From: Isurus oxyrinchus
Lineage: Eukaryota
Length of the DNA: 64,000 bases
Assembly (NCBI GenBank): GCA_026770705.1
Contig: JANJGN010000071.1
Location: forward strand, 2,046,001 to 2,110,000
Reading direction: 5' to 3'
Positions 1 to 11,900 of this stretch are shown one piece after another. Position numbers and translations under genes: made by a program. How positions within the stretch are numbered: position 1 is the stretch's first letter; every line of letters begins with the position of its first letter. Below the pieces are notes generated by a model. It was not told the DNA's origin, made no database searches, and was given only the letters and a program-made list of their open reading frames with translations.

Positions 1-270
1 CTTGTACACCTCGATCAGATCCCCCCTCAATCTCCTTTGCTCCAAGGAGAACAACCCCAGCTTCTCCAACCCAACCTTGTAGCTAAAATCCCTCATCCCT
101 GGACCCATTCTGCTCAATCTCCTCCCCACCCTCTCAAGGACACTCACTTCCTTCCCAAAGTGAGGAGACCAGAACTGGACACAATACTCTAGTTGTGACC
201 TAACCAGAGCTTTATAAATGTTCAGCATAACCTCCCTGTGTTTGTACTCAATCCCTCGATTTATGAAAAA
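1..270 (-). mobile_element. CR1-like LINE 3' fragment
   Basis: Typical antisense CR1 3' sequence (GGAGACCAGAACTGGACACAATACTC); related to 50450-50890 and, in the opposite orientation, 39045-39545. Confidence 0.6.
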
Positions 271-439
271 CTTATTCTTTCCATCAGCACAAACAGCAAT
301 TTCCAAGCGGACTCCCATCAGCAGACAGAGTGCAATGAAACATCGGCATGCCTGCTTCTTAATGTACGGAGAGAAACCTGGAACGAGAGATTCTCCTTCT
401 TCTCCTCAGCAAGCTGAAACTTTTCCTTATACCTGGTGC

Positions 440-860
440 TCCCCAGTCCTGCTGTGTGGACACATCATAACCACGGCATTGTCTGTCTGTGTGCAGCCAA
501 CATGGTCGAATAGGAATGAACAGAAATGTGACGTTGCTAAACTCTGTTCTCTGATTGGAATGTGCTTTCTGAATGCTGCACCTTTTTCATGCTGCGGTAG
601 ATTGTAAGAAGCATTTGTGTTATGAATAAAATTACATTGATTAACACAAGTGATTAAAATGCTCAGGCTGTTCTGTAGATATTTATTGATTAAAATTCTT
701 ATTTTGCTGCCAAATTCTTGCCTCAAAGAAAAGCTTCTTGTTGTCTCATTTTCTCTATTATATAAATTCCTGTGCCCATCCTTATAATAGAAATTTCCAA
801 TGTAAACATGTCACATTGTAGTTTCACACTCCTGCCAGTGGTGGTGCCATTCCAAAGCTG
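440..860 (+). other. Copy of the block found downstream of Siglec-like genes A and B (3' flank of a further paralog upstream of the window)
   Basis: Aligns by eye with 15370-15790 and with 36370-36535 plus 38605-38810 (CCCAGTCCTGCTGTGTGGACACATCA...TGTAAACATGTCACA...GCCAGTGGTGGTGC). AATAAA at 625-630. Confidence 0.6.
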
Positions 861-984
861 TCTTGCTGCACAGACGCAGTGAGAAATATTCTCGACGTGT
901 ACATGATGTTGTTGTTACACAGACATCAGGCGGAACCTTGGGCATTGCCTAGAATGCACTTGGGACAGTGCAGACCACGCTCAG

Positions 985-2440
985 AACTGACAGTGCAGCG
1001 TTTCCTCAGTGCTGACCCTCCGTCAGTGCAGCGCTCCCTCATTACTGTCTCTCTGACAGTGCTGCACTACCTCATTATTGACCCTTTTCAAGTGCTTCAC
1101 CCCGTCATCATTGACCTTCTGACCGTGCAGGATTCCCTTATGGCTGACACTCTGACAGTGCAGCACTCCCTGAATACTGACCCTCTGATACTGTACCCCT
1201 CCATCACTAATGACTTTCCAACAGTTCAGCACTCCCTAGGTACAGACAATCTGACAGGGCAGCATTCCCTCAGTATTCAAACTCCCACTATGCAGCTGTC
1301 CCTCAGGATTCTCCCCCCCACAGTGCAGCACTCCCTCAGTACTCTCCCTCCCACAGTGCAGTACTCCCTCAGTACTCACCCTCCCACAGTGCAGCACTCC
1401 CTCAGTACTCACCCTCCCACAGTGCAGCACTCCCTCAGTTCTCTCACTCCCACAGTGCATTACTCCCTCAGTACTCACCCTCCCAAAGTGCAGCAGTCCC
1501 TCAGTACTCACCCTCCCACAGTGCAGCAGTCCCTCAGTGCTCTCCCTCCCACAGTGCAGCACTCCCTCAGTACTCACCCTCCCACAGTGCAGCACTCCCT
1601 CAGTACTCACCCTCCCACAGTGCAGAACTCCATCAGTACTCACCCTCCCACAGTGCAGCACTCCCTCAGTACTCACCCTCCCAAAGTGCAGCACTCCCTC
1701 AGTACTCACCCTCCCACAGTGCAGCACACCCTCAGTACTCACCCTCCCCCAGTGCAGTACTCCCTCAGTACTCACCCTCCCCGAGTGCAACACTCCCTCA
1801 GTACTCACCCTCCCACAGTGCAGTACTCCCTCAGTACTCACCCTCCCACAGTGCAGTACTCCCTCAGTACTCACCCTCCCACAGTGCAGCACACCCTCAG
1901 TACTCACCCTCCCACAGTGCAGCACTCCCTCAGTACTCACCCTCCCACTGTGCTGTGTGAGTTGTTTCAATCAAGACTGGTGCACAAAGAGGGAGGTTTC
2001 AATGCTAAATCATTGAAATCGGTGAAAATTATTTTTAGGCTTACGAGAACAAGACTTAGTTCCTCATATCCTTTCTTTAGCAATAACACACAGTACTAGA
2101 ATCTCTGTTTAAATAAATTCCAGTTAAACTTTGCCATGAAAGGATATCTTCTCACACTCCTCTCTACCTCAGTACTAACCCTCCCACAGTCCGGCACTCC
2201 CTCAATACTGACCCTCCGACTGTGCAAATCTCACTCAGTACAGACCCGCTGACAGTTCAGCACTCCCTCATTACTGATCCTCTGACAGTGCAGCACTCCC
2301 TCATTAAGGACCCTCTTCCAGTGCAGCACTCCCACATTACTGTCCCTCTGACAGTGCAGCACTCCCACATTACTGACCTTCTGATAGTGCAGCACTCACT
2401 CAGTACTGACCCTCACACAGTGCAGCACTCCCTCAGTACT
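985..2440. repeat. 33-bp minisatellite (CACTCCCTCAGTACTCACCCTCCCACAGTGCAG), Deu-SINE-derived; two blocks, 985-1955 and 2165-2440
   Basis: Direct 33-nt periodicity; explains the 11-aa repeat ORFs 879..2099, 1236..1970 and 1537..2016. Confidence 0.9.
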
Positions 2441-2649
2441 ATACCCCTGTCAACATGTATCATACGGCCAGAGACCTGTATTGGGAAGTCTATCACCTGC
2501 ACTTCAGCCTCTGAGATGAGGGGGAGGGGTCTAATCCCACGGAGCCAATGGAGAAGCTTGATGACTACAGCTGCCCAAATATGAGCTGACAGATCACACA
2601 TGGTAAACGTTTTGCTGAGAGCACAAAACATCCTCGAACTTCTCACTGA

Positions 2650-2795
2650 TTACCCACTTCCTCATTTTGCCTCACAGTGACACATCAATCCTTTCTAATT
2701 AAACACACAGAGGGAGCAGCACAGGAAGAGGTCATTCAGCCCAAGCAGAGCGTGTGGGCAGTTCCTCCCCAGGCGAGCAGTCGGACAGGTCCTGG
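2650..2795 (+). promoter_or_regulatory. Putative promoter and non-coding first exon of Siglec-like gene A
   Basis: PU.1/ETS-like CACTTCCTCATT at ~2655, further GGAA motifs, donor CTGG|GTAAGT (GT at 2796). The block is nearly identical at 18575-18717 in gene B. Confidence 0.6.
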
Positions 2796-3245
2796 GTAAG
2801 TAACGGAACGATTGGAATTCACTTCCACCACCAACACCGTCCTTTGTTGATGTTGTGACTTTATAAAGACAGATTCCAATGATTGATGCCTTTGAAAGAT
2901 TTCTACTGATTATTGAGATCAGGGTGTGAGACTCAAGTCTGTTGTACAGAACATCTTTCTAGCTCAAGGGATGAGGGAAGTGCAGAGACATGAGCTTTGG
3001 GACATCCTGAGGTGGTGAAAGGTGCTATGGAAATGCACGTCCTTCATTGTGTTACTTTCTTAAAGCCTTGTAACTCTCTGTAGAGCACCTATCATCCCAC
3101 AGAGAATCAAATTAATCTGTGAGGACATTGTCTAAGAGCAGTTCTGATCTCTCGAGAGCATTCAGACAAGAGGTGAGGTCTCATTAACTCCTTTCTCTTT
3201 CAGAACTTCAGAGTTAGAAGCTGAGGAAATATCTGGGAGTGGACA

Positions 3246-3285
3246 ATGATCGGTAAATCTTACTTCCTCCTGTCACTTCTCCAAG
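3246..3285 (+). CDS. Gene A signal-peptide exon (MIGKSYFLLSLLQ-)
   Basis: Acceptor TTTCTCTTTCAG ending 3203, ATG at 3246, phase-1 donor AAG|GTAAT; joins the V exon in frame (VGLSQEWK). Confidence 0.8.
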
Positions 3286-4147
3286 GTAATACCATCGTCA
3301 GCTCAGACAGATTTATGGTGAATAGTCTTTGTAAAAGATCATTCTTATTGAGCTCTGATAGGGAACTGATTCAGCAGTGAGGCAGTGTACAAACTCACAC
3401 CAAGTCCCATTCACCCATCACCCCTAAACTATCTGACTCCTGGTCCTACAGCATCTCAAACTTAAAATACACATCTCTTTGTTCAAATGCATCCATTGCC
3501 TCACACTGCGTCCTTATCTCTGTAACCTCCTGCAACTCTCCCAACCAACGTCCCAGATCTCTGTGTTACTCCAATTCCGGCCTCTTGACCATGCCCCGAT
3601 TCCCATCACTCCAATACTGGCGGCCGGGCCTTCAGCTGCCTGGGGCCTGAGCTCTGGAATTCACTCCCTAAACCTCGGCGATGGAGGAGATCAGAGGGTT
3701 TCATTTTACTGAAAACCTCCACGACTACATCACAGCTGCAGTCAGAATAGACAGAGAGTCCAGCCCTTGCACTTCCTGCACAGTTTCACCATAGCAACCA
3801 CAATAAGGAAGTAAACTAACTGAAAGTTAAACCGAAGCCAAAGCAGTCAGTTTAGAGAGATGAGATATTTACACAGTTTCCCTGTGTGTCTTGTAGACAC
3901 TGTGTTGGGTGGAAGACTGGCTTCACTAAACAGGGTCCTGAGGACCATGAGCCAATGTAGAATGAACTTGTCCACTCCTGTGTCCAGGATTCTCTTCTAT
4001 CCATTGTGAAACCTTGGGGAGTTCCATGTGTGTCCTGTAGATGGTCCACACTGCAGCCACTGTGCCCCAGTGATGGAGGGGGTGGATATCAAGTCTAGTG
4101 GATCTACAAACCATCCAGAGTTAAATATTTGATATTTCTCTCCTCAG

Positions 4148-4516
4148 TTGGACTGTCACAAGAGTGGAAAGGTGACACTCCACGAGAGGTGACAGCGCAG
4201 GAAGGTACGTGTGTACAGATTCCATGTCATTACAGTTATCCAGCACATTTGGAAAACCAACCGCGAGGTGGAGTCTGGTTTAATAATGAGAAACAGATTC
4301 CCTGGGCTCCCATTGCCTTTCACTCCAAAGATCACAGTCACGAGTTACCACGGTTCCACAATCGGACCCGGCTTTCTGGAGACCTGAAAGATGGCGACTG
4401 TTCCCTGATTATAAACAACATCAGACGGGAAGATGCAGGACCTTATTTTTTCAGAATAGAATTTGACAATGGTCCGAGCCATAACTATTACCCTGTAACC
4501 CAGCTTCACATTTCTG
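4148..4516 (+). CDS. Gene A Siglec V-set Ig domain exon
   Basis: Siglec hallmarks: CVQIPC, GDLKDGDCSLII, DAGPYFFRIE with the essential F-strand Arg; phase 1-1, CTCAG|...G|GTAAGT. Confidence 0.92.
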
Positions 4517-5201
4517 GTAAGTGCTGTGTTATAATTACTCAACAATTCACATACAACACTCAATGGGAAATAACACAAACTGTGACGTTTACATATTAAC
4601 ACAAAACACAGCTTATTATAACACATTGTCTGATTCTCAATAGCTTCCAGTTCAGTCCTAAAGCAACGTCTAATACTCACTTTAATATCAATGATGAAAA
4701 GCATTAACTGTATTATCAGGTTACCATTCCCATCAATCTCTCCTGTCCTGTTTAAAAGTCTGACTTATCGATAAAAGAAAGATGTGCATTTCTGCTGCGC
4801 AATTTACCACCTCAGGAGGATCCAAATCCCTTCACAGCCAATGACATTATTCCTGAATTGTAGTCACAGATGTAAAACACAGCAGGCAGTTTGTGCACAG
4901 CAAGATCCAACAAACCACAAGGTGATAAATCACCCAGATCACTGAGGAAATGAGAAGCCAGTGAACTCAAACCTCTGGTCTGATGAAGAGTCATACGGAC
5001 TCGAAACGTTAACCCTGTCTTCCTCTCCACTGATACTGTCAGACCTGCTGAGTCTTTCCAGCAATTTTTGTTTTTGTTTCAGATTTCCAGCATTCGCAGT
5101 ATTCTGCTTTTAACTCCAATCTCTGGTCTGAGCCTCTTCTCTCATCCAGTGTTCTCAATTCACATGTCTCGGAGTGAAAGGATCCATTCTCCGTGTGTTA
5201 G

Positions 5202-5278
5202 ATTTCACAGATAAACCCATGATATTCATCAGAAAACCTGGAAATATTGCACTTGGCTCCCTCACCCAAGTCATTTAA
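5202..5278 (+). pseudogene. Gene A domain-2 (C2-set) exon remnant, truncated by retroelement DNA
   Basis: TTAG|ATTTCACAGATAAACCCATGATATTC matches the start of gene B exon 23840. Homology stops at 5227 and the frame reaches TAA at 5276-5278. Confidence 0.8.
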
Positions 5279-6380
5279 ATATATCGTGAATAGTTAGGTC
5301 CCAAGCACGGATCCCTGTGGTATACCACTAGTCACCGCCTGCCACTCAGATAAAGACTAATTTATTCTGACCCTCTGTTTCCTGTCTGTCGACCAATTCT
5401 CAATCCATGCCTGTAAATTACCCCCAATCCCATGGGCTTTAATGTTGCCCACTAGCCTCTTATGTGGGACCTTATCAAAAGCCTTCTTGAAATCTAAAAA
5501 CACCACATCCACTGGTTATCCCTTATCTATTCCACAAGTTACATCCTCAAAATCTCCAGTAGATTAGTTAAGCATGGTTTTCCTTTCATTAACCCATGCT
5601 GACTTTGTCTAATCCCATTAAAGCTTTCCAAGCGTTCCATTAGCACACCTTATATAATAGGCTCTAGCGTTTTCCCCATGTTAGACTAACTGGTCTGTAA
5701 TTCCCAGTTTTTTTCTCTCCCTTCTATTTTAAATAGTGGGGTTACAATTGCCACCCTCCAATCTATAGGAACTGCTCCAGAGCCTGTAGAATTTTGGAGG
5801 ATGACCACCAGTGCTTCCAATATTTCCAGGGTCACTTCCGTTAGTCTCTGGGATGTAGATTTTCAGGCCCTGGGGACTGTTCAACCTTTAACCCATTAAT
5901 TTCTCCAGGTTCATTTTTTAAAACTAATCCTGATTATCTTCAATTCCTCCCTCTCACTAGACACTTGGTTCCCTAACATTCCTGGGAAATTATTTGTGTC
6001 CTCTTTTGTGAAGACAGAACCAAAATATATGTTCAGTTCTTCTGCCATTTCTTTGTTTCTCATTAGAATTTCCCCCATTTCTGACTGCAAGGAACCTACA
6101 TCGGTCACTGCTAATCTTTCTCTCTTCACATATTTATAGAAGCTTTTACAGTCGGTTTTTACGTTCCCTGCAAGTTTACTCCCATGTTCCATTTTCCCCT
6201 TCTTGATCAATCTTTTTGTCCACTTTTGCTGAATTCTAAACTGCTCCCAATCCTCGGCATTGCTGCTTCCCCTGGCAATTTTATGTCTCCTCTCTGGATC
6301 TAATACTATCCCTAATTTCTTTTGTAAGCCCTGGTTGAGCACCATTTCCTGACTTATTTTTACGCCAGACAGAAATGGAT
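5250..6380 (-). mobile_element. CR1-like LINE ORF2 fragment
   Basis: ORF 5911..6345 (KSFYKYVKRER...EMAEELNIYFGSVFTKED) is CR1 ORF2-like; the DFxKAFDKVPH-type RT motif lies on the minus strand near 5460-5500. Confidence 0.85.
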
Positions 6381-6489
6381 AATTGTTGTAGCAAATGCTT
6401 CAGCCTTATCTTTTGCCCTGATGTGCTGGGCTCCCCCTTCATTGAGAATGGGGATATTTGTGGATTCCCCTCCTCCAGTGAGTTAATTG

Positions 6490-7500
6490 TCCGTTACCAT
6501 TGGATACGAGCATTAGTGGACTGTATTAGACCATTATCGAAAATGAAAGCTGGACTCCAGTATGGCCTCACTATGATGGATATGACAACTCGATTTCCAG
6601 AGACCATCCCTTTAGGAACAATTACAGCTAAAGTAGTAATAGGGAAGTTAACCCAATTTTTTACCCATTATGGATTACCGCTGGAGATCCAGTCAGATCA
6701 AGGTTCCATCTCTATGTCTTAAAATTTTCCGAACATAATGAGTAATTTGGGTATAAAACAGTTAAAGTCCACAGCATATCATCCATAGACACAGGGATCT
6801 TTAGAGAGGGACCAACAAACCCTCAAAACAATGATTGAAGCTATTGTCATGATCTCCCCATGACTGGGACAAAGGACTGGATTTCTTGTATTTCCCACAT
6901 GAGATTCACCAACTGAATCGGCAGGTTTTAGTCTTTTTGGAATAACTTATGGACACGAGATAAGAGGCTGTTTGAAATACATCAAAGAAAGATATTCCGG
7001 ACAGAGGGATGAATCCTCTATTTCAGATGATGTGTCCATGTTTCAGGAACGGCTCATGGGAGCCTCCAAAGTGGCACAAGAACATCTTATAGTTTCTCAA
7101 ACAGAAATGAAGGAATGGGGCAGACAGGCAAGCTGTGACCCGAACATCACAACCAGGGGGATGACGTGTTAGTATCATTGCCTTGGCAGGGGGAGCCTCT
7201 GAAAGCGCGGTTCAGTGGTCCCCACAAGGTAATTAGGAGGGTTGGTCAAGTAAATTATTTGATAGACACCCCAGATTGTAGAATAAAGAATCGGCTGTGA
7301 CACATCAATATGTTAAAACGATACCATCGTAGGGAGGGAGGTAAAAAGGAGCAGGTATTTCATTTCCAACCAGATTCTGCATAGATTACAGAAAGGTTAA
7401 TGCAGCAATAAAACCAGATTCCTACCCAATCCCCCGTTTAGAAGATGGTATTGACGAGGTTGGCAGTGCCATGTTCCTTACTGAGATAAATTTGTTGGTA
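6490..7500 (+). mobile_element. Degenerate Gypsy LTR-retrotransposon pol fragment, integrase followed by RT (Gmr1-like order)
   Basis: rve core (LTMMDMTTRFPETIPL...YGLPLEIQSDQGS), then RT motif RFCIDYRKVNAAIKPDSYPIPRLEDGIDEVG at ~7372-7500. Confidence 0.75.
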
Positions 7501-8354
7501 GTGGGGGGTGTTCGTGACCATCAGTGTGGAAGGGTTAGGTTTACAGGTTACACAGACCAGACACACACCAACAGACACACACACACATGTAAGCACGCAC
7601 ATTCACACGCACACGCGCACACACACAACACACACACGCACACACACACACGCACACACACACACACACACACACGTAAGCACGCGCATNNNNNNNNNNN
7701 NNNNNNNNNNNNNNNNNNNNNNNNNNNNNNNNNNNNNNNNNNNNNNNNNNNNNNNNNNNNNNNNNNNNNNNNNNNNNNNNNNNNNNNNNNNNNNNNNNNN
7801 NNNNNNNNNNNNNNNNNNNNNNNNNNNNNNNNNNNNNNNNNNNNNNNNNNNNNNNNNNNNNNNNNNNNNNNNNNNNNNNNNNNNNNNNNNNNNNNNNNNN
7901 NNNNNNNNNNNNNNNNNNNNNNNNNNNNNNNNNNNNNNNCACTCAGTGCTGCACTGGAGTCTCGGTGTCAGCTCCGATTCTGTGTTGAAGGAAGGTAAAC
8001 TCCGGATCAACAAGACCCTGAATTGGATGGAGCAACCTCCTTAACAGAGAATTGTAGATTTACCCCTCAGTGCTCCATCGATCAAATATAATTCATTGCC
8101 TGTCAAGCCCTTGGGGACATCCTGAGGATGTGAAAGGCAGTTTCTTTAAATCTGGATGGGCAGCGTCTCTGGTGGGAGAATGCTCCTGCAGTGTGACAGT
8201 TTACATAGGCAGTGCCCATTGTAAATGTGACATAGGAACTTATCTTGAGAGAAGGTGCCTAGAAATGCACACAGGCATCAGTTACAGCGAGATGATACAG
8301 GAAGTTTTGCTGTGCACTGTGTTTGCTCACATTAAAATCTTTATATATTTTTAG

Positions 8355-8636
8355 ATGCACCACAGAATCTCTCAATTACTTCTCTTGATATGATTAACGC
8401 TTCATCGATCAATATAATTGCGGGGAATTCTGCAGTGATAATCTGCTCTGTCGAGAGCTTCCCAGCTTCTAACCTGACGTGGCGACATCTTAATGTCCAA
8501 ATGAACAGAACAAGTTCCAACAATGAGCTGTGGTTGGTGATTCCTCACGTTACATCCAGGGACACTGGAGATTATCAGTGTGTGGCAGAGAATGAACATG
8601 GAGCAGTGGAGGGGTTCATAACCATCACTGTGGAAT
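8355..8636 (+). CDS. Gene A C2-set Ig exon (same family as the amplified gene B exon)
   Basis: 282 nt, phase 1-1; DAPQNLSIT...ICSVESFPASNLTW...DTGDYQCVAENEHG; four N-X-S/T sequons. Confidence 0.88.
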
Positions 8637-8689
8637 GTGAGTGTGGAGATACATTTGTTTGTTTGTTGTCTCCGTGGTCTCCGTGGAGC

Positions 8690-8965
8690 CATTGGGATCG
8701 TGTTGTTTTTAATCCAGTTTTCTTCAATCCTCGCTCAGTCCACGTTATCCACACATCCAATTTTTCCTCTCCCTTTCTGTTTTTGGTCTCAGTTTCTCCT
8801 TCAATGGTTGTCAGGACAAGGCTGTCAGGTCTTCGTTTCCAATCTCCATACTTGACGACCTTTCTCTCTCTAACTGTCCTGAACAACCCTTTTAATGGCT
8901 GAACGTCTCCTCTTGATCTAAGCCACTCATTGGTCTTTCTGTCCATCCAGCTGATTCTGAGCATC
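8690..8965 (-). mobile_element. RTE-like LINE 3' fragment
   Basis: Minus-strand peptide LRISWMDRKTNEWL...RERKVVKYGDWKRRPDSLVLTTIEG resembles an RTE ORF C-terminus; partly shared with gene B (33090-33285). Confidence 0.55.
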
Positions 8966-10020
8966 TGGCAGCATCTGTGGAGAGAAAGACAGGGTTAGCG
9001 TTTGGAGTCCGTAAGACTCCTCTTCAGAGCTAAAGGGAAGTAGACATGTGGTGAAATATATCCTGTCTAAGGGGGGGCGATGGGACAGGTGGAGCTGGAT
9101 AGAAAACCAGCGATAGGTGGAGGCAATGGAGAGATTGTGAAAAATGTCATAAACAAAAGGTCAAAGGGTTGTTAACAGTGGTGGTATTGGATAAAGGAGG
9201 TGCTAATGGTGACATTAAGCAGAGTGTGATAATGGGCGGACCAGGGTAAGCACTCTGGAAAGAGACAGATGGCCCTCGTGGGGGTGTGGCAGGGGGAGGG
9301 GACGGTGGAGGGAATAAAGATCGAAAATAGACTAAAATCTGCGGATAAAACAATCAATAAAAATGGAAATGAATTTCAAATAATAATAATAAAAATAAGT
9401 GGAAAACAGTTAACAAAAAAAACAATTAAAATGAATACATTAAAAAAGGGTTCAAAAAGCAGTGAAGATCGAGGAGAGAGTTCATGATCTGAAATTGTTG
9501 AATTCAATATTCAGTCGGGAAGGCTGTAAAGTGCCAGGTCGGAAGATGAGGTGCTGTTCCTCCAGTTTGTGTTGGGCTTCACTGGAACAATGCAGCAGGC
9601 CAAGGACGGACATGTGGGCATGAGAGCAGGGTGGGGTGTTAAAATGGCAAGCGACAGGGAGGTCTGGGTCGTTCTTGCAGACAGGGTGAAGGTGTTCATC
9701 AGAGCGATCACCCAGTCTGTGTTTGGTGTCTCCAATGTAGAGGAGACCACACTGGGAGCAGTGAATGCAGTAGATTATATTGAAGGAAGTCTGCATGAAG
9801 CGCTGCTTCACCTGGAAGGAGTGTTTGGGTCATTGGACAGTGAGGGGGGAGGAAGTAAAGGGGCAGGTGTTGCACCTTCTGTAAATACATGGGAAGATGT
9901 CATCGGAGAGGGTTGAGGTGCTAGGGGTGATGGAGGAGTGGACCAGGGTGTCCTGGAGGGAATGATCCCTGTGGAATGCCAACGGGGTGGGGGTGAAGGG
10001 AAGATGCTTTTGATGGTGGT
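8966..10020 (-). mobile_element. Penelope-like element (GIY-YIG endonuclease remnant)
   Basis: ORF 9482..9811: NIIYCIHCSQCGLLYIGDTK...PVACHFN...LEEQHLIFRPGTLQPSRLNIEF, the characteristic Penelope C-terminus. Confidence 0.85.
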
Positions 10021-10164
10021 CAGATTTTGTCCAAAGGAGGTGAGAAATGAGGGAGGGAATTCCAGAGGTTAGGATCCAGGCAGCTGAAGGCACGGCTGCC
10101 AATGGTGGAGCGATAGGAATCGGGGGAAGGTCAAGAGGCTGGAATTGGAGGTGCATCGAGATCT

Positions 10165-10695
10165 CGGAGGGTTGTAGAGGCTGGAGGAGTTTACAGAGAT
10201 AAGGAAGGTTGTAGGGGCTGGAGGAGGTTACAGAGATAGGGAGGGTTGTAGGGGCTGGAGGAGGTTACAGAGATAGGGAGTGTTGTAGGGGCTGGATGAG
10301 GTTACAGAGATAGTGAGGGTTGAAGGGTCTGGAGGAGGTTACAGAGATAGGGAGGGTTGTAGAGGCTGGAGGAGTTTACAGAGATAGGGAGGGTTGTGGG
10401 GGCTGGAGGAGGTAACAGAGTTAGGGAGGGTTGTGGGGGCTGGAGGAGGTTACAGAGATAGAGAGGGTTGTGGGGGCTGGAGGAGGTTACATAGATAGGG
10501 AGGGGTGTAGGGATGGAAGGTGGTTGCGGAGTTAGCGAGTTTTAAAGGGGCTGTAGGAGGTTACAGGGATAGGGACGGTTGTGGGGGTTGGAGGAGGTTA
10601 CAGAGATAGGGAGGGTTATAGGTGCTGAAGGAGGTTACAGAGATAGGAAGGGTTATAGGGGCTGGAGGAGGTAACAGAGATAGGGAGGGGGTAAG
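10165..10695. repeat. 37-bp minisatellite (GAGGGTTGTAGGGGCTGGAGGAGGTTACAGAGATAGG) inside a LINE-like fragment
   Basis: About 14 tandem copies; same unit at 53990-54240 and, inverted, at 56893-57710. Confidence 0.9.
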
Positions 10696-10999
10696 GAGGG
10701 ATTAGAAACGATGTGAATTTTAAAATTGTGGCTTTGTCGGACCGGGAGCCAGTGTAGCTCAGTGACCAACAGGGAGTGATGTGTGAACAGGACTCGGTGT
10801 GAGTTAGGACATGGGGACAGCAGAGTTTAGGATGAGCTGATGTTTATGGAGAGTGGAAGATGGGAGGTCGGGCAGGAGAGTGTTGGGATAGTTGAGTGCA
10901 GAGGTAACAAAGGCAGGAATGAGTGTTTCAGTGTGAAGATTCTATCTTACGCTCTAACTTTGCTATGACGTTGTCTCATTGTTGTCCTTACCTCCTCAG

Positions 11000-11293
11000 A
11001 TAAGCCGGAGATTTCCCAGCAGTCGGAGTGCACTCGGAGATCAGAGGGGGTCACCTGCGTCTGTGTGACCACCTCCAACCCACCGGGAGACCTCACCTGG
11101 CACCTGCCCAGTGCCAACATCAGTGGTAACCAAACACACGGAGATTTTGTGTCGTGGCAGGTCAGAGATGGGCATCTGGTGACTGGTTCCCTCACCCTGA
11201 TGAGACCTCAGGATGAGGGGGGAGTGATTGCATCCTGCTCGGTTCAAAACCCACATGGGGAAGCCATGTTCAAGGTGTATCTGTGGGTCAAAG
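11000..11293 (+). CDS. Gene A membrane-proximal C2-set exon, MAG domain-5-like
   Basis: YKPEISQQSECTRRSEGVTCVCVTTSNPPGDLTWHLPSANIS...VTGSLTL...ASCSVQNPHG; the C-x8-CxC...SNP pattern of MAG d5 and last domains of CD33-related Siglecs; 294 nt, phase 1-1. Confidence 0.85.
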
Positions 11294-11639
11294 GTGAGAG
11301 ACTCGCTCAGGATCGATCTCCACTCAGCTGGATTGATCCCTAAACTCGAGAATTCCCTCCCTCAACCTCTCCACCTCTCTCTCTACTTCCTCTAAGATGC
11401 TCTTTACAACTGACCCCTTTGACCAAGCTTTGAATCACCTGACCTCATGTGACAATGGCAACACTTGGTCAAATTGGAGCCAGGCCGTTCAGGGGGTGAT
11501 GTCAGGAAGCACTTCTTCACACAAAGGGGAGTGGAAATCTGGAACCCTCTCCCCCAGATAAGCTGCTTCATTGGGTGCAAGACAGAAAGCTTTGACAAAA
11601 TGTCCTTTCTCAGCAATACTCAGGTTCTCCTCCCAAACG

Positions 11640-11900
11640 ACGAAATATTATATATAAACATTACATAGATTACATCGAGAAACATTATATATAAATATTA
11701 CATAGATTACATCGAGAAATATTATATATAAATATTACATAGATTACATTGATAAATATTATATATAAATATTACATAGATTACATCGAGAAAAATTATA
11801 TATAAATGTTACATATATTACATTGCTAAATATTATACATTAATGTTATAGGGATCACATTGATAAATATATATAAATGTTAAATTGATTACATCGAAAT
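11640..11900. repeat. AT-rich ~37-bp minisatellite (AAATATTATATATAAATATTACATAGATTACATCGAG)
   Basis: About 7 tandem copies. Confidence 0.85.

Noticed and set aside
1236-1970. Regular 33-bp (and elsewhere 37-bp) repeats resembling a CRISPR array
   Set aside because: Head-to-tail units without unique spacers, no cas genes, eukaryotic context.
879-2099. 406-aa Thr/His/Pro-rich mucin-like ORF (also 34784..35899, 34934..35929, 43063..43506)
   Set aside because: Translation of the 33-bp SINE-derived minisatellite; open on both strands, no gene structure.
4517-4599. V-exon ORF extension GKCCVIITQQF... (also 22982-23064, and His/Thr-rich tails after C2 exons)
   Set aside because: Read-through past consensus GT donors into introns or CA microsatellites; no evidence for retention.
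7471-8044. ORFs spanning N-runs (also near 31.9-32.4, 40.2-40.5, 41.4-41.6 and 44.0-44.2 kb)
   Set aside because: Artefacts of assembly gaps and CA/GT microsatellites.
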